A stretch of DNA of 64,000 nucleotides from an uncultured Candidatus Rokubacteria bacterium (lineage in GTDB: Bacteria > Methylomirabilota > Methylomirabilia > Rokubacteriales > DASRDR01), in NCBI GenBank assembly GCA_963708025.1, contig CAVPSB010000032.1, forward strand, positions 1 to 64,000, given 5' to 3'. How positions within the stretch are numbered: the stretch's first letter is position 1; the number at the start of each line of letters is the position of its first letter. A model generated the notes under the pieces. The model was not told the origin of the DNA and searched no databases. It was given only the letters and a program-made list of their open reading frames with translations. Of this stretch, positions 41,328-52,749 are shown piece after piece. The position numbers and the translations under genes were made by a program.

Positions 41328-43401
41328 CTACCGGTGGGCGAGCGACGTCCGGGCGGCGGCGACCACGGCTTCGAGCGTGAAGCCGAACTTCTTCTGCAGC
41401 TCCTTGAGCGGCGCCGAGGCGCCGAAGGTCTTCATCCCGACGATCTCGCCGGTGTTACCGACGTAACGCCGCCAGCCGAAGATGGACGCCTGCTCCACGG
41501 CGACCCGCGCGGTCACCGCGGGCGGCAGCACCGCGTCGCGGTACTCGGGCGCTCTGCTGGTCGAACAGCTCCCAGCGACGGCATGCTCACCACGCGGGCC
41601 TTGACGCCGTCCTTGGTGAGCTGCTCGTAGGCCGCGACGCAGAGCGACACCTCGCTGCCCGTGCCCATCAGGATGACGTCCGGCTTGCCGCCGGGCGCGT
41701 CGGCCAGGACGTAGGCGCCCTTGGCCACGCCCGCGGGCGGCGGCGAACTTCGTGCGGTCCAGCGTCGGCAGGGCCTGCCGGGACAGGATGAAGCACGACC
41801 GGCTCGTGCGTCAGCTGCATGATGAACCGCCAGGCCTCCAGCACCTCGTTGGCGATCGCCCGGCCGCAGCACGATCAGCCCGGGGATCGCGCGCAGCGAG
41901 GCGAGCTGCTCGATCGGCTGGTGGGTCGGCCCGTCCTCGCCCACGCCGATCGAGTCGTGGGTGAAGATGTAGATGACCGGGATCTCCATGAGGGCGGCGA
42001 GCCGGATGGGCGCCCGCATGTAGTCGCTGAAGATGAGGAAGCCCGACCCGTAGGGCCGGATCTTGGAGAGCGACAGCCCGTTCAGGATCGAGCCCATCGC
42101 GTGCTCGCGGATGCCGAAGTGGAAGTTGCGGCCCGCCGTGGTCGTCGCCGTGAAGTCGCCGGCGCCGTCGAAGGTGAGCCGGGTCTTGGTCGAGGGCGCC
42201 AGGTCGGCCGAGCCGCCGATCAGCCACGGCACGTTCTTGGCGATCGCGTTGAGGACCTTGCCGGAGGCGTCGCGGCCCGCGACCCCCTTGGGGTCGGCCG
42301 GGAACGGCTCGAGGTCCTTGTCCCAGCCCTCCGGGAAGCTGGCGCTGCTGCATCCGGTAGAGCTGGTCGGCCAGCTCGGGGTACTTCGCCTGGTACTCGT
42401 CGAACTTCGCCATCCAGGCCTCCCGCAGCGCCTTGCCCCGCGCGCCCATGCCGGCGCGGAAGTGCTCCCGCACGCCGTCGGGCACCAGGAACTTGGCGTC
42501 CTCGGGCCAGCCGTAGTTGCGCTTGGTCAGCCGGATCTCCTCCTCGCCGAGCGGCTCGCCGTGAGCGGCGTGCGTGTCCTGCTTGTTGGGCGCGCCCCAG
42601 GCGATGTGGCTGTCCACGATGATCAGGGTGGGACGCTCCTTCTCGTTCTTGAAGGTCTGGAAGGCCCGCCCCAGCATCTCGAGGTCGTTGGCGTCGCCGA
42701 CGCGGGTCACGTTCCAGCCGTAGGCGATGAACCGGGTGGCGACGTCGTCGCTGAACGCCCACTCGGTGTGGCCCTCGATCGTGATCTTGTTGTTGTCGTA
42801 GATCCAGCAGAGGTTGGACAGCCGCAGGTGACCGGCCAGCGAGGCCGCCTCGCCGGAGACGCCCTCCATCATGCAGCCGTCGCCGCAGAGCGCGTAGACG
42901 TCGTAGTCGAACATGTCGAAGCCCGGCCGGTTGAAGTAGCTGCGCCTGCCAGCGGCTGGCGATCGCCATGCCGACGCTGGTCGCCACGCCCTGCCCGAGC
43001 GGGCCGGTGGTCGTCTCCACGCCGGAGGTCCAGCGGTACTCGGGGTGACCGGGGCACTTGCTGTCGAGCTGGCGGAACTTCTTGATGTCGTCGAGCGCGA
43101 CCGAGCAGCTCGCCGAGCGTCTCGTACTGCGGGTTCACCGCCTTCACGCCGGTCAGGTGGAGCATCGAGTAGAGCAGCATCGAGGCGTGGCCGATCGACA
43201 GCACGAACCGGTCGCGGTTCGGCCAGATCGGGTCGCTCGGGGTCGAAGCGCAGGAACTGCTGCCAGAGGGAGTAGATCACCGGCGCCATCGCCATGGCCG
43301 TGCCGGGGTGGCCGGAGTTGGCCTTCTGCACGCGCGTCCATGGACAGGGTGCGGATCGTGTTGACGCAGAGCTGATCGATCTTCTTGCTGTCGTCTTTCA
43401 C
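41328..43401 (-). CDS. tkt: Transketolase (many frameshifts)
   Basis: [57 protein letters not shown] across frames. Confidence 0.92.
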
Positions 43402-43545
43402 GGACACGCTCCTCTTCGGGTTGTTGACCCCGGATCCGAAAGTCCTCCTAGCACGGCAGGCAGCCCGGCTCGCCCGGTCCCGCCCGACCAACCCCGACCG
43501 GCTTGAGGCGATGCCAGAGAGAATACAAGGTCCGGACGCCGGAGC

Positions 43546-45552
43546 CTAGCCCCGTCTGGCCCGGGCGATCTCCAGCCAGGCCCGCAAGGTCTCGGCCACG
43601 CTCCAGCCCTGGGCGATGCAGCCCCGGGGTGTGTGGGGGGGATCCCCGTCGAAGATCTCGGCCACGCTCCCCACCCCGTAGTCGGCCAGGTGGTGGGCCA
43701 TCGGCTGGAGGAAGCCGGCCGCGGCGTCGGGATCGCCGTAGACCCGCAGGTGGGCGAGGGCGAAGGGGCCGAGTAGCCAGCCCCAGACCGGGCCCTGGTG
43801 ATAGGCGCCGTCCCGCTCCAGCACGCCGCCAGCGTAGCGGCCGTGGTACTGCGGATGCCCGGGGTCGAGGGTCCGGAGCCCGAACGAGGCGACCAGGTGC
43901 CGGGCGCAGGCCTCCACGACGCGCCGCTGGCGCTCCGGCGGGAGCGGGCTCTCGGGGAGCGAGACCGCGAAGATCTGGTTCGGCCGCAGCGCGGCGTCCA
44001 CCCCCTCCGGCCCGTCGATCACGTCGTGACAGTACCCGCCGGCCTCGTTCCAGAAGCGCGCGAATCCCGCGCGGACCCGATCGGCCAGCGCATCCCACGG
44101 GGCCCGCCGCCCGAGCCGCCGAGCGAAGCCGGCCATCGCCCGGAGCGCGTTGTACCAGAGGGCGTTGATCTCGACCGGCTTGCCGATGCGCGGGGTCACG
44201 ACCCAGTCGCCCACGCGCGCGTCCATCCAGGTGAGCTGGACGCCGGGCTCCCCGGCCCACAGGAGCCCGTCGGCCGGGTCCTCCCCGATGCCGTAGCGGG
44301 TGCCGGCCTGGTGCCGGGCCACGATCTCCTCGAGGATCGGGTAGAGGTCCCTGAGGAGCGTGTCGTCCTTCGTCGCCGCGTGGTAGGCCCGGATCGCTTC
44401 GAAGTACCAGAGGGTGGCGTCCACCGTGTTGTACTCGGGCACCTCGCCCTGATCGGGGAACCGGTTGGGCAGCATCCCGCGGTCGACGAAGCGCGCGAAG
44501 GTCGTCAGGATGGGTCGGGCGGCGTCGGGTCGGCCGGCGGCCAGGGTCAGCCCGGGCAGGCAGATCATCGTGTCCCGGCCCCAGTCCCCGAACCAGTGGT
44601 AGCCGGCGATGACCGACATGCCGTCCGGCGCGCCGGGCAGCGGCCGGCGGACGAGGAACTGGTCGGCGGCCAGCACGAGCTGCTCCACCCAGGCCGGCGC
44701 CCGCCGCGCGACGGGATCGACGCGCCGCCACCGGACCCGGAGGTCCTCGTCGTGAGCCGCGCGCCGCCGCCACGCGGCGTCGCCGTCGAGCGACGGCTCC
44801 GGCTCGGCGGAGAGCACCAGCGTCCACTCGGCCCCCGGCGCCAGCCGAACCCGGACGGTGCCGACGTGCAGGTGGTCGTCGAGGTAGTCGAGGCCGCGCT
44901 CCTGCTCCACGGTCAGCCAGAAGTGCTCGTACCACGCGTGGGCCGGCTGGAACTCGGCGTCGCGGGCCAGGAGGAGACACGCCCGGGCGCCGTCGAACGC
45001 GGTGACGCGGAGGCCCTGGGGCACCGTCTCGACCCGCATCTGCCAGCCGCGGCCCCGCGTGAGCGCGTGATAGTCCCGGTAGTTGGCGAGCAGGCACAGC
45101 TCGAGGGTGGCCGGGGTCCGCCCGCGGAGCAGCCGGTACTGGAGATACGTCGTGTTGGCGCCGGGCTCCATGAAGATCCGCTTCTCGAGCCGGGCGTCGC
45201 CGCAGGCGTACGTCCAGACCGGCGTGGTGCCCTCGAGGCGGAAACGCTCGACCTCGCGGTAGCCGTGGGGATCGACGTGGCCCTCGGGCCAGCGGTTCGC
45301 GGCAAGGCGGTAGGCCTGGCCGTCGTACTCGACGGTCTCGTCGGCCTTCGCGACCAGGAGCGTGCGGCCGAGCGGGGGGGCCAGGGCCGCGAGCAGGAGG
45401 CCGTGGTAGCGGCGCGTGAGGACGCCGGCCACGGTTCCCGAGGCGAAGCCGCCGACCCCGTTCGTGCAGAGCCACTCACGCGATTCGGCCAGGGGGAGCA
45501 CCCCGCAGACCTCGCGCCCCCAGTCGAGGAATCCCGGTGTCTCGTCGCTCAC
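43546..45552 (-). CDS. Amylo-alpha-1,6-glucosidase / glycogen debranching enzyme
   Basis: EWLCTNG, AGYHWFGDWGRD, TWMDA, RPNQ, YHQG, QGWSVAE. Confidence 0.92.
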   Translation of the reverse strand: MSDETPGFLDWGREVCGVLPLAESREWLCTNGVGGFASGTVAGVLTRRYHGLLLAALAPPLGRTLLVAKADETVEYDGQAYRLAANRWPEGHVDPHGYREVERFRLEGTTPVWTYACGDARLEKRIFMEPGANTTYLQYRLLRGRTPATLELCLLANYRDYHALTRGRGWQMRVETVPQGLRVTAFDGARACLLLARDAEFQPAHAWYEHFWLTVEQERGLDYLDDHLHVGTVRVRLAPGAEWTLVLSAEPEPSLDGDAAWRRRAAHDEDLRVRWRRVDPVARRAPAWVEQLVLAADQFLVRRPLPGAPDGMSVIAGYHWFGDWGRDTMICLPGLTLAAGRPDAARPILTTFARFVDRGMLPNRFPDQGEVPEYNTVDATLWYFEAIRAYHAATKDDTLLRDLYPILEEIVARHQAGTRYGIGEDPADGLLWAGEPGVQLTWMDARVGDWVVTPRIGKPVEINALWYNALRAMAGFARRLGRRAPWDALADRVRAGFARFWNEAGGYCHDVIDGPEGVDAALRPNQIFAVSLPESPLPPERQRRVVEACARHLVASFGLRTLDPGHPQYHGRYAGGVLERDGAYHQGPVWGWLLGPFALAHLRVYGDPDAAAGFLQPMAHHLADYGVGSVAEIFDGDPPHTPRGCIAQGWSVAETLRAWLEIARARRG

Positions 45553-45862
45553 TGGCTTCCCCTCCGCTACGGGCATGGCAGGCAACCCCCGGCATGGTAC
45601 CGCAGGGAGGCGGCAGGTCGGATACCCCATTCGAAAGGGGCCAGCGGGCGCAGGCAGGGTGAGGCGCCGCAGGTGAAGCGCCCGGCTGTAGCCCGCTCGA
45701 CCGCGTCCCCGCACTCGCGGAGCCTCGCCGGGCGAGGCTACCGCCTCAACTGCTGGATTCTATTGGACTGAAGCCGATCGGCCCGAGCGTTCTCCATGGC
45801 CGGAGGCCGCCGGCGGGAACCGACACCGGCCGGCCGGCGTTCGGAAATCGAGGGAGACCGAC

Positions 45863-46276
45863 ATGAGAATGGTGTCGCGGCTCGTTCTGGCGGGCCTGCT
45901 GGCGGCAATGCTCGGCTGCGCCGCGCCGGGCCCATCGCCCCGACCCGAGGACTTCCCGTCGCGGAACGTGGACCAGGCGCCGGTGACGGTCTACTGGCGG
46001 CTCGATAAAGCCGAGTCGGCGGCGAGCGCGACCGGGCTGGTGGACGTCAACGGGCTCGTCGACCGGCTCATCCAGGTCATCGTCGAGCTCCAGGGCCTGG
46101 ATGCGAGCGGACGGGTCGTCAGCCGGGGCCGCGCCATCACCGAGCCCCGGTCCTTCGTCGGTGACCGGCTGTGGCCTTTCACGGCCCGCCTCCGACCGAC
46201 CGGCCAGGAAGCGGACTACGTGCTCCGCGTGACGGAGGTGCGCTGGAAGATCGAGCGCGCCGGCGGCGGCATGTGA
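45863..46276 (+). CDS. Hypothetical lipoprotein
   Basis: RBS GAGGGAG; lipobox MLGC. Confidence 0.7.
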   Translation: MRMVSRLVLAGLLAAMLGCAAPGPSPRPEDFPSRNVDQAPVTVYWRLDKAESAASATGLVDVNGLVDRLIQVIVELQGLDASGRVVSRGRAITEPRSFVGDRLWPFTARLRPTGQEADYVLRVTEVRWKIERAGGGM

Positions 46277-46289
46277 CGGGCCTCACCCG

Positions 46290-46665
46290 TCTGACGTCGC
46301 TCGCCCCGATGATCCGCACGTCCACCCGCACGGTCCGGCTGCTCCCGACCGGCTCGAACTCCTGCTCCTGGATGACCCGGAGGAGCTTCACCTGGGTCTC
46401 GAGCGAGAGCCATCTCCAGGCCGACGCCGAAGTAGGTCAACGGGAGCGCGGATTCCAGGACGAAGAGGCGCAGAACGTCCCGGGACGGCTCGTGCAGGAA
46501 GATGGCCGTTCGATCGAACGGGACGACGCGGCGCAGGGCTCCGGCGATAGCGTGGAACAGCGACTCCGGGTCTGGCTCGAGATGATGGCGTTGTTGATCT
46601 CGAGGAGGGTGCGGTACCGCTCGGCGGCGACGGCAGCCGGCTCGGTCGAGGGTGGACGCTCCATC
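46290..46665 (-). pseudogene. Collapsed remnant of a GAF/sigma-54 (FhlA-like) activator
   Basis: ERYRTLLEINNAII; LFHAIAGALRRVVPFDR; then [29 protein letters not shown] in different frames. Confidence 0.75.
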
Positions 46666-46802
46666 GTCGTCGGGCCGCTCCCCGTCACCCATGGCCAGCC
46701 GGGCCTCCGGGCGGCGGCCTGGTCAGGATAGGCCAGGGCCGATCCGGTCGCAAGGCGCGTACACGTGGTGGAGGGCGAGGGCGGCCGGGCGGGCGCCGGC
46801 GC

Positions 46803-48014
46803 TCAGCCGGCTGTCCGGGGCAGCAGGCGGGCGCCGAGCGCGACGAGCGTGCAGCATCCGCTGACCAGCCCCAGGGCGAGGGGCAGGCCGGTCAACTCGG
46901 CGGTCAGGCCGATCAGCGGTGGTCCGGCCAGGAAGCCGAAGTAGCCCGTGGTGGCGACCGCGGCGAGCGCGGTGCCCGCCGGAACCCCGGGGACCCGTCC
47001 GGCCGCGCTGAACAGGATCGGGATCACGTTCGCGATCCCGAGCCCGACCAGCCCGAACCCGGCGATCGCCGCCGCGGGCCGCCCGATCAGCAGGGCAAAG
47101 GCCAGGCCCCCGGCGGCGAGCGCCGCCGAGCCGCGCAGGAGCCGAGCCGGTCCCAGCCAGGCGGCCAGCCGATCGCCGCCGAAGCGCCCGGCGGCCATCG
47201 CCAGCGAGAAGGCCGTGAAGCCGGCCGCCGCCACCGCGGGGCTGGTCGCCAGCGCGTCGCGCAGGTACACGGCGCTCCAGTCGGCCATGGCGCCCTCGGC
47301 GAGCAGGCCACCGAAGGCCAGGAGCCCGAGCCCCAGGAGCGCGCGGCCGGGCCGGACGAAGACCGGACCCGGGCGCCCGGCGGGGTCGGCCGACGGCACG
47401 AGCCAGGCCAGGACCGAGAGGACCGCGACGGCGCCGACGAGGGCGGTCGCGGTCACGTGGGCGCGGTCACCCATCCCGCCGCTCATGGCGAGACCCGCGA
47501 TCGCGGCCCCGGCGAACCCGCCCAGGCTGAACAACCCGTGGAACGAGGACAGGATCGGCCGGCCGTACTGCCGCTCGAGCGCCACCGCCTGGGCATTCAT
47601 GGACACGTCGAGGATCCCGTTGCCCGCCCCCAGGACGAGCAGCGACAGGGCCAGCCAGGGGACGCTCGGGCTGACGAGCGGCAGCGGGAGCAAGAGACAG
47701 AATGCCACTCCGGCGAGCGAGGTCATGAGGCGGCTGCCGAGGCGGCCCACGAGCCAGCCGGCCACGGGCAGGGCGAGCACCGCCCCGACCGCCATGGCCA
47801 GCAGCACGAGCCCGAGCGCGCCGTCGCTCAGACCGTGCGCGTCCTTGACCGCCGGGATGTGCGGCACCCAGCTCGCCAGGACCAGCCCGTTGACGAAGAA
47901 GACGGTCGCGAGGGCCACCCGGGACCGGCGGGCGAGTCCGGGCGCCGGGCGGGCACGGCCGGCGCCCACCGCCACGCCGGCTGCCGGCGCCGCGAGGGCC
48001 GGTGTCTCGCTCAC
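46803..48014 (-). CDS. MFS transporter
   Basis: ~12 TM; DVSMNAQA, SSFHGLFSLG, EGAMADW. Confidence 0.9.
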   Translation of the reverse strand: MSETPALAAPAAGVAVGAGRARPAPGLARRSRVALATVFFVNGLVLASWVPHIPAVKDAHGLSDGALGLVLLAMAVGAVLALPVAGWLVGRLGSRLMTSLAGVAFCLLLPLPLVSPSVPWLALSLLVLGAGNGILDVSMNAQAVALERQYGRPILSSFHGLFSLGGFAGAAIAGLAMSGGMGDRAHVTATALVGAVAVLSVLAWLVPSADPAGRPGPVFVRPGRALLGLGLLAFGGLLAEGAMADWSAVYLRDALATSPAVAAAGFTAFSLAMAAGRFGGDRLAAWLGPARLLRGSAALAAGGLAFALLIGRPAAAIAGFGLVGLGIANVIPILFSAAGRVPGVPAGTALAAVATTGYFGFLAGPPLIGLTAELTGLPLALGLVSGCCTLVALGARLLPRTAG

Positions 48015-48051
48015 GAGCGCCGTGCGACCGCAATGGAAACCCACCCTAGCG

Positions 48052-50142
48052 TCAGGCCAACCCCGTGCCAGGCCAGAGGCGCTCGATCTCGACGCGGTTG
48101 TCGTGAAAGACGGCGCCGCCGCCCATGTCGGCGTCTCGCTCGTCCACGGTGGCGTTGACGGTCGCACCGTCCTTCGACAGCCGCGGCCAGCGCCCCTTGG
48201 TGCTGGCGACCACGCCCGGCCGGACCCGCGGGGTCACCTCCACCCGCGCGACGAACGCGCCGCGGTCGTTGAAGACGCGGGCCTCGCAGCCGGTCTCGAG
48301 CCGCCGGGGGGTCGCGTCCTCGGGGTGGACGCGGATGGTCGTCGGGCCGGAGCGCCGCGTCTGCGCGGGGACGTTCGCGAACACCGAGTTCAGGAAGTAG
48401 TGGTCGGCACCCGCGATCAGAGCCAGCGGGTACCGGGCGGCCAGCGGCGTGCCGCGCTGGGCCGCCTCGTAGGGCGGCGTGTAGCCCGCGAGCGGGTCGA
48501 GCCCCGCCTCGGTCATGCGAGCGGTGTAGAACTCGAGCTTCCCGGACGGCGCGGGGAAGCCGTCGGCGAACGGTACGAACGGCTCCGGGACGGCGAGCCG
48601 CATCCACCCCCGCTTCCTCAGGGCGTCGAACGTGATGCCGCGGAGCGATGGGTGATCCGAGTCGAGAAGCTCGCGCGCCAGCTCCTCGTCACTGTCGTAC
48701 AGGCAGGGCACGTCCAGACCCAGGCGCCGCGCCAGACGCCGGAAGATCTCGGTGGTGGACAGGCACTCCCCGGGCGGCGCCACCGCGGGCTCGTTCCACG
48801 AGATGTAGAGGTGCCCGTACGAGATCTGGACGTCCGCGTGTTCGAGCTGCATCGTAGCGGGGAGCACGATATCCGCGTAGTCGACGGTGTCCGTCCGGAA
48901 GTGCTCGACGACCACCGTGAAGAGGTCGGGCCGCGCGAGCCCCCGCCGGATCTTCGTCTGGTGCGGCACGCTGGCGGCCGGGTTGCTCGCGTAGACGAAC
49001 AAGGCCTTGACCGGCGGGTCCGTTACCTCGAGGAGGCCCTCGCCGAGGCGGGTCATGCTCAGCGCGCGCGCGGCGGTCTTCCGCAGATCGTCCCGATAGA
49101 GCCCCGCCCAGTTCACGCCGAAGAAGCCGCGTGTGTCGTAGCCAACGCCGCCGCCGGGATATCGCCAGTCGCCGGTGACTCCCGGGATGCAGGTGATGGT
49201 CCGCACCGCCATCCCGCCGCCGCCGTGTCGCTGGAGCCCCATCGTCACCCGGATGCCCGTGGGGCGCGTGCGGGCAATCCGCTTCCCCAGCTCCACGATC
49301 GCGTCGACCGGGAGGCCGCAGACCTCGGCGACGCGCGCCGGCGGGTAGTCCAGGATGCGCCGGCGGAACGCGTCCCAGCCGAGCGTGTGGCGGTCGATGA
49401 AGTCGCGATCCTCCGCGCCCTCGCTCAGCACGACGTGCAGGAGTCCGAGCGCCAGCGCGGCGTCGGTCCCGGGGACGAGCGCCAGGTGGCTGTCCGCGGC
49501 ATCGGCGGTGCGCGTCCGGGTCGGGTCGATCACCACCAGGTGGGCGCCGTTCCGACGCGCCGCCGTGATGGGGCGCCACAGGTGATGGTTGGTGGTCAGC
49601 GTGTTGCTGCCCCAGAGGATGATGAGCTTCGAGAAGCGGAGGGTCTCGGGATCCATGCCGACGCGGTTGTCGCCGAGCGTGTAGCCGGTTCCCACCCCGC
49701 CCGCGATCGTGCAGATCGTCATGAGGTGCCGGGAGGCGCCGACGACGTTCCAGAGCCGGCGCCCCGCGCCGTAGACGCCCTGGAGGAGCCCCATGCTGCC
49801 CGAGCCCACGTACGGCCATATGGCTTCCGCGCCGGACTCGCGGATGACGCTGCTCAGCCGCTCGGCGATCTCGTCGAGCGCCCCGTCCCAAGAGATCCGC
49901 TCGAAGTCGCCGGCCCCCTTCGGGCCGACGCGCCGCATCGGATACAGGAGCCGCTCGGGGGACTGCGTGTACGCGACGTAGTCGTTGAGCTTGTTGCACA
50001 GGACGCCGCGCGTGAAGGGGTGATCGGCATCGCCCTCGAGTCGCACGGCGCGGCCATCGCGCACGGTGACCACCCAGCTACAGGTGTCCGGGCAGTCCAT
50101 CGGGCAGGCCCCGAGGATCCGCTGCTCGCCGCTCACCGTCAT
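48052..50142 (-). CDS. Molybdopterin oxidoreductase catalytic subunit
   Basis: CPMDCPDTC...C Fe-S motif, RLLYPMRR, ADIVLPA, Mo-pterin dinucleotide C-domain. Confidence 0.92.
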   Translation of the reverse strand: MTVSGEQRILGACPMDCPDTCSWVVTVRDGRAVRLEGDADHPFTRGVLCNKLNDYVAYTQSPERLLYPMRRVGPKGAGDFERISWDGALDEIAERLSSVIRESGAEAIWPYVGSGSMGLLQGVYGAGRRLWNVVGASRHLMTICTIAGGVGTGYTLGDNRVGMDPETLRFSKLIILWGSNTLTTNHHLWRPITAARRNGAHLVVIDPTRTRTADAADSHLALVPGTDAALALGLLHVVLSEGAEDRDFIDRHTLGWDAFRRRILDYPPARVAEVCGLPVDAIVELGKRIARTRPTGIRVTMGLQRHGGGGMAVRTITCIPGVTGDWRYPGGGVGYDTRGFFGVNWAGLYRDDLRKTAARALSMTRLGEGLLEVTDPPVKALFVYASNPAASVPHQTKIRRGLARPDLFTVVVEHFRTDTVDYADIVLPATMQLEHADVQISYGHLYISWNEPAVAPPGECLSTTEIFRRLARRLGLDVPCLYDSDEELARELLDSDHPSLRGITFDALRKRGWMRLAVPEPFVPFADGFPAPSGKLEFYTARMTEAGLDPLAGYTPPYEAAQRGTPLAARYPLALIAGADHYFLNSVFANVPAQTRRSGPTTIRVHPEDATPRRLETGCEARVFNDRGAFVARVEVTPRVRPGVVASTKGRWPRLSKDGATVNATVDERDADMGGGAVFHDNRVEIERLWPGTGLA

Positions 50143-50329
50143 CGCCTCGTGTCTCCCCGCGATCTTACGATATCATGCGCGAGTGACCCCGGCGGGGACT
50201 CCCACGAGCCGCGTCGTCGGCGCGACCGTCGTCTCGCTCGCTCTTGGCGCGGTGGCGGCGCCGCCGGCGTCCTGGCCGCCGTCCTGCCGCCGTTCCCCCA
50301 GCTCGCCCTCCCTCGCGCTCGTGGCCGTG

Positions 50330-50415
50330 CTGCTGGTGCTCTTCCTGAAACTGCACCAGGTCCTTGGAGAAGACCAGGTCCAGGAGCCAGTCGAGCGCCA
50401 CCCGGGCCTTCGTCT
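50330..50415 (-). pseudogene. C-terminal remnant of an NDH-2-type oxidoreductase
   Basis: KARVALDWLLDLVFSKDLVQ resembles KLRVATDWTLDLILPPDIVQ of the adjacent gene. Confidence 0.55.
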
Positions 50416-50695
50416 ACCCGCAGAGGTGGACCGAGCACCTGGTGTGGGGATCGATCCTTCTCCTCCTGCTGACCCGTGGGGCCGGGGCGATCTCGCTCGA
50501 TCGGCTGATCGGCCTCGAGCCCGGCGACCACCGCCAGTGATCGGAACCGCAGGCCGGGATGCCCACCGGGGGTGAGCCGCTGAACGCCCCCCCGAGCGTC
50601 GCGGCGGCACCGGAGGGCGCGCCACGCGCAGCCGGCGCCGTCGCGGACGTCCTGGACACCGCCGGCCGACCGGCGTAACGTCCGGGAGCGGGAAC

Positions 50696-52301
50696 ATGGC
50701 CCGACCCACGCGAATCCTGATCCTCGGCGGCGGCTTCGGCGGGGTCTACACCGCCCTGTCCCTCGAGAAGCGGCTGGCGACCGAGCTGCGGCGCGGGACC
50801 GTCGAGCTCTCGCTCGTCAACCGGGACAACTACATGGTCTTCCAGCCCATGCTGCCCGAGGTGATCTCGGGGAGCATCGGCCTCCTGGACACGATCGCGC
50901 CGATCCGGCGGCTATGCCCGGGCACGAACCTCTACACTCGCGCGATCGAGCGGATCGACCTGGCGGGCCGGCGCGTGGTCACCGCCGCCGGGCTCGGCTC
51001 GCCGCCGTTCGACCTCGAGTACGACCACCTCGTCATCGCCCTCGGCACCGTCACCAGCTTCGCCGGCCAGCCCGGCCTCGCCGAGCACGCCCTGCCCTTC
51101 AAGTACCTCGGTGACGCGCTGGCCCTGCGGAACCGGCTCATCCACACCCTCGAGGAGGCGGACATCGAGCGCGATCCGGAGGTGCGCCGGGGCCTCGTCA
51201 CCTTCGTCGTCGCCGGTGGGGGCTTCTCCGGGGTCGAGGCGGTGGCCGAGGTGAACGACTTCGTCCGCGCCGTCGCGAAGAGCTTCCGGAACCTCGACCC
51301 CCGCGAGATCCGGGTCGTCCTGCTGCACGCCGGCGACCTCGTCCTGCCGGAGCTGCCGCGGTCGCTCGCCGAGTTCGCCCAGCGCTTGCTCGGGAAGCGG
51401 AACGTCGAGGTCCGCTTGCGGACGCGCCTGGCCGGCGCCACCGGCGACGCGGCGCTGCTCGAGGGCGGGGAGCGCATCCCGACCCGGACGGTGGTGAGCA
51501 CGGTGCCGTCGGCGCCGAACCCGCTGGTGGCGATGCTCCCCGTCAAGAAGGAGCGCGACCGGATCGTGGTCGACGGCCACCTGGCCGTGCCCGACTGGCC
51601 GGGCGTGTGGGCCCTCGGGGACTGCGCCTTCGTCGTCGACGGGAAGAGCGGCCAGCCCTGCCCGCCGACGGCCCAGCACGCCACGCGGCAGGCGACGTGC
51701 CTGGCCGGGAACCTGGTGGCCGCCCTGCGGGGCCAGGACCGGAAGGCCTTCGCGTTCACGGCGCTCGGCAAGATGGGCGCGCTGGGTCATCGCTCGGCGG
51801 TCGCCGAGATCCTCGGCCTCAGGGTCTCGGGCTTCCTGGCATGGTGGCTCTGGCGAACCATCTACCTGATGAAGCTCCCCGGGTTCGACCGGAAGCTCCG
51901 GGTCGCCACCGACTGGACCCTGGACCTGATCCTCCCACCCGACATCGTCCAGCTCAAGACCGAGAAGCCGCTCGCCATCCGCCGCGAGCACTTCGAGGCG
52001 AACGAGGTGATCTTCCGCGAGGGCGACCGGGGCGACTCGCTCTACATCGTGGTCGACGGCGAGGTCGAGGTGTCGCGGAGCGTTCCGGGCCAGGAGGCGG
52101 TGACGCTGGCGCGGCTGGGGCGCGGGGACTGCTTCGGCGAGATCGCGCTGGTCAAGGAGGCGACCGCGCTCGGCGACCGTCCGCACCTGCTCCCGCGTCA
52201 ACGTGCTGGTGATGGACCGCGAGGCCTTCCAGACGCTGTTCGCGCACCTGCCGCCGGTCCGCGGCTTCTTCGAGCGGCTCATCGAGCAGCGGACCCGGTA
52301 A
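50696..52301 (+). CDS. Type II NADH dehydrogenase-like flavoprotein with C-terminal cNMP-binding domain (frameshift ~52165)
   Basis: GGGFGG, GGGFSGVE, WALGD, PPTAQHA; IFREGD...FGEIAL...RSATVR. Confidence 0.88.
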
Positions 52302-52439
52302 CTCTTCGGGGGGGTCTCGGAAGACCCCCCCGATGCCCCCCCTCCGTTGCGGCGGCCGGGTACCCACGCCGGAGGCGCGTAGCGCCTCCGCGTGGGTGGC
52401 CGCTCGGGGTTACGCGGATGGAGCCTCGGGGCGGCGCCC

Positions 52440-52694
52440 TCAGCCCGAGCCGCAGCCGAGCTGCTCGAGCAGGAGGCGGCGGAGGCGCTCCTTCACCTCG
52501 TCCGGCATGGCCACGCGGCCGGCCGCGCCGGCCAGGTCCCGTGTCTTCCGGTACGTGTTCAGGTAGGCCAGGCACGCCGGGCAGTCCTGGAGGTGGCGCT
52601 CCAGGGCGGCGACGACCTCGTCGCCCAGCGCCGCCTCGAGGTAGTCGCCCATGATGGCGATCGCCTCCCGGCAGGTCAGCGGCCGCAGCTCCAT
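52440..52694 (-). CDS. zf-HC2 (ZAS anti-sigma-like) small protein
   Basis: C...HLQDCPAC. Confidence 0.85.
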   Translation of the reverse strand: MELRPLTCREAIAIMGDYLEAALGDEVVAALERHLQDCPACLAYLNTYRKTRDLAGAAGRVAMPDEVKERLRRLLLEQLGCGSG

Positions 52695-52749
52695 GCGACC
52701 TTGGATGGGGGAACCCGGGCGGTCGGTTCGCCCGTCGGCCCCCCGAAGA

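Noticed and set aside
46948-50472. 1174-aa + strand ORF and other long antisense ORFs (e.g. 12997-15792, 26207-28420, 31928-34402)
   Set aside because: Shadow ORFs of well-supported opposite-strand genes in high-GC DNA; no motifs.
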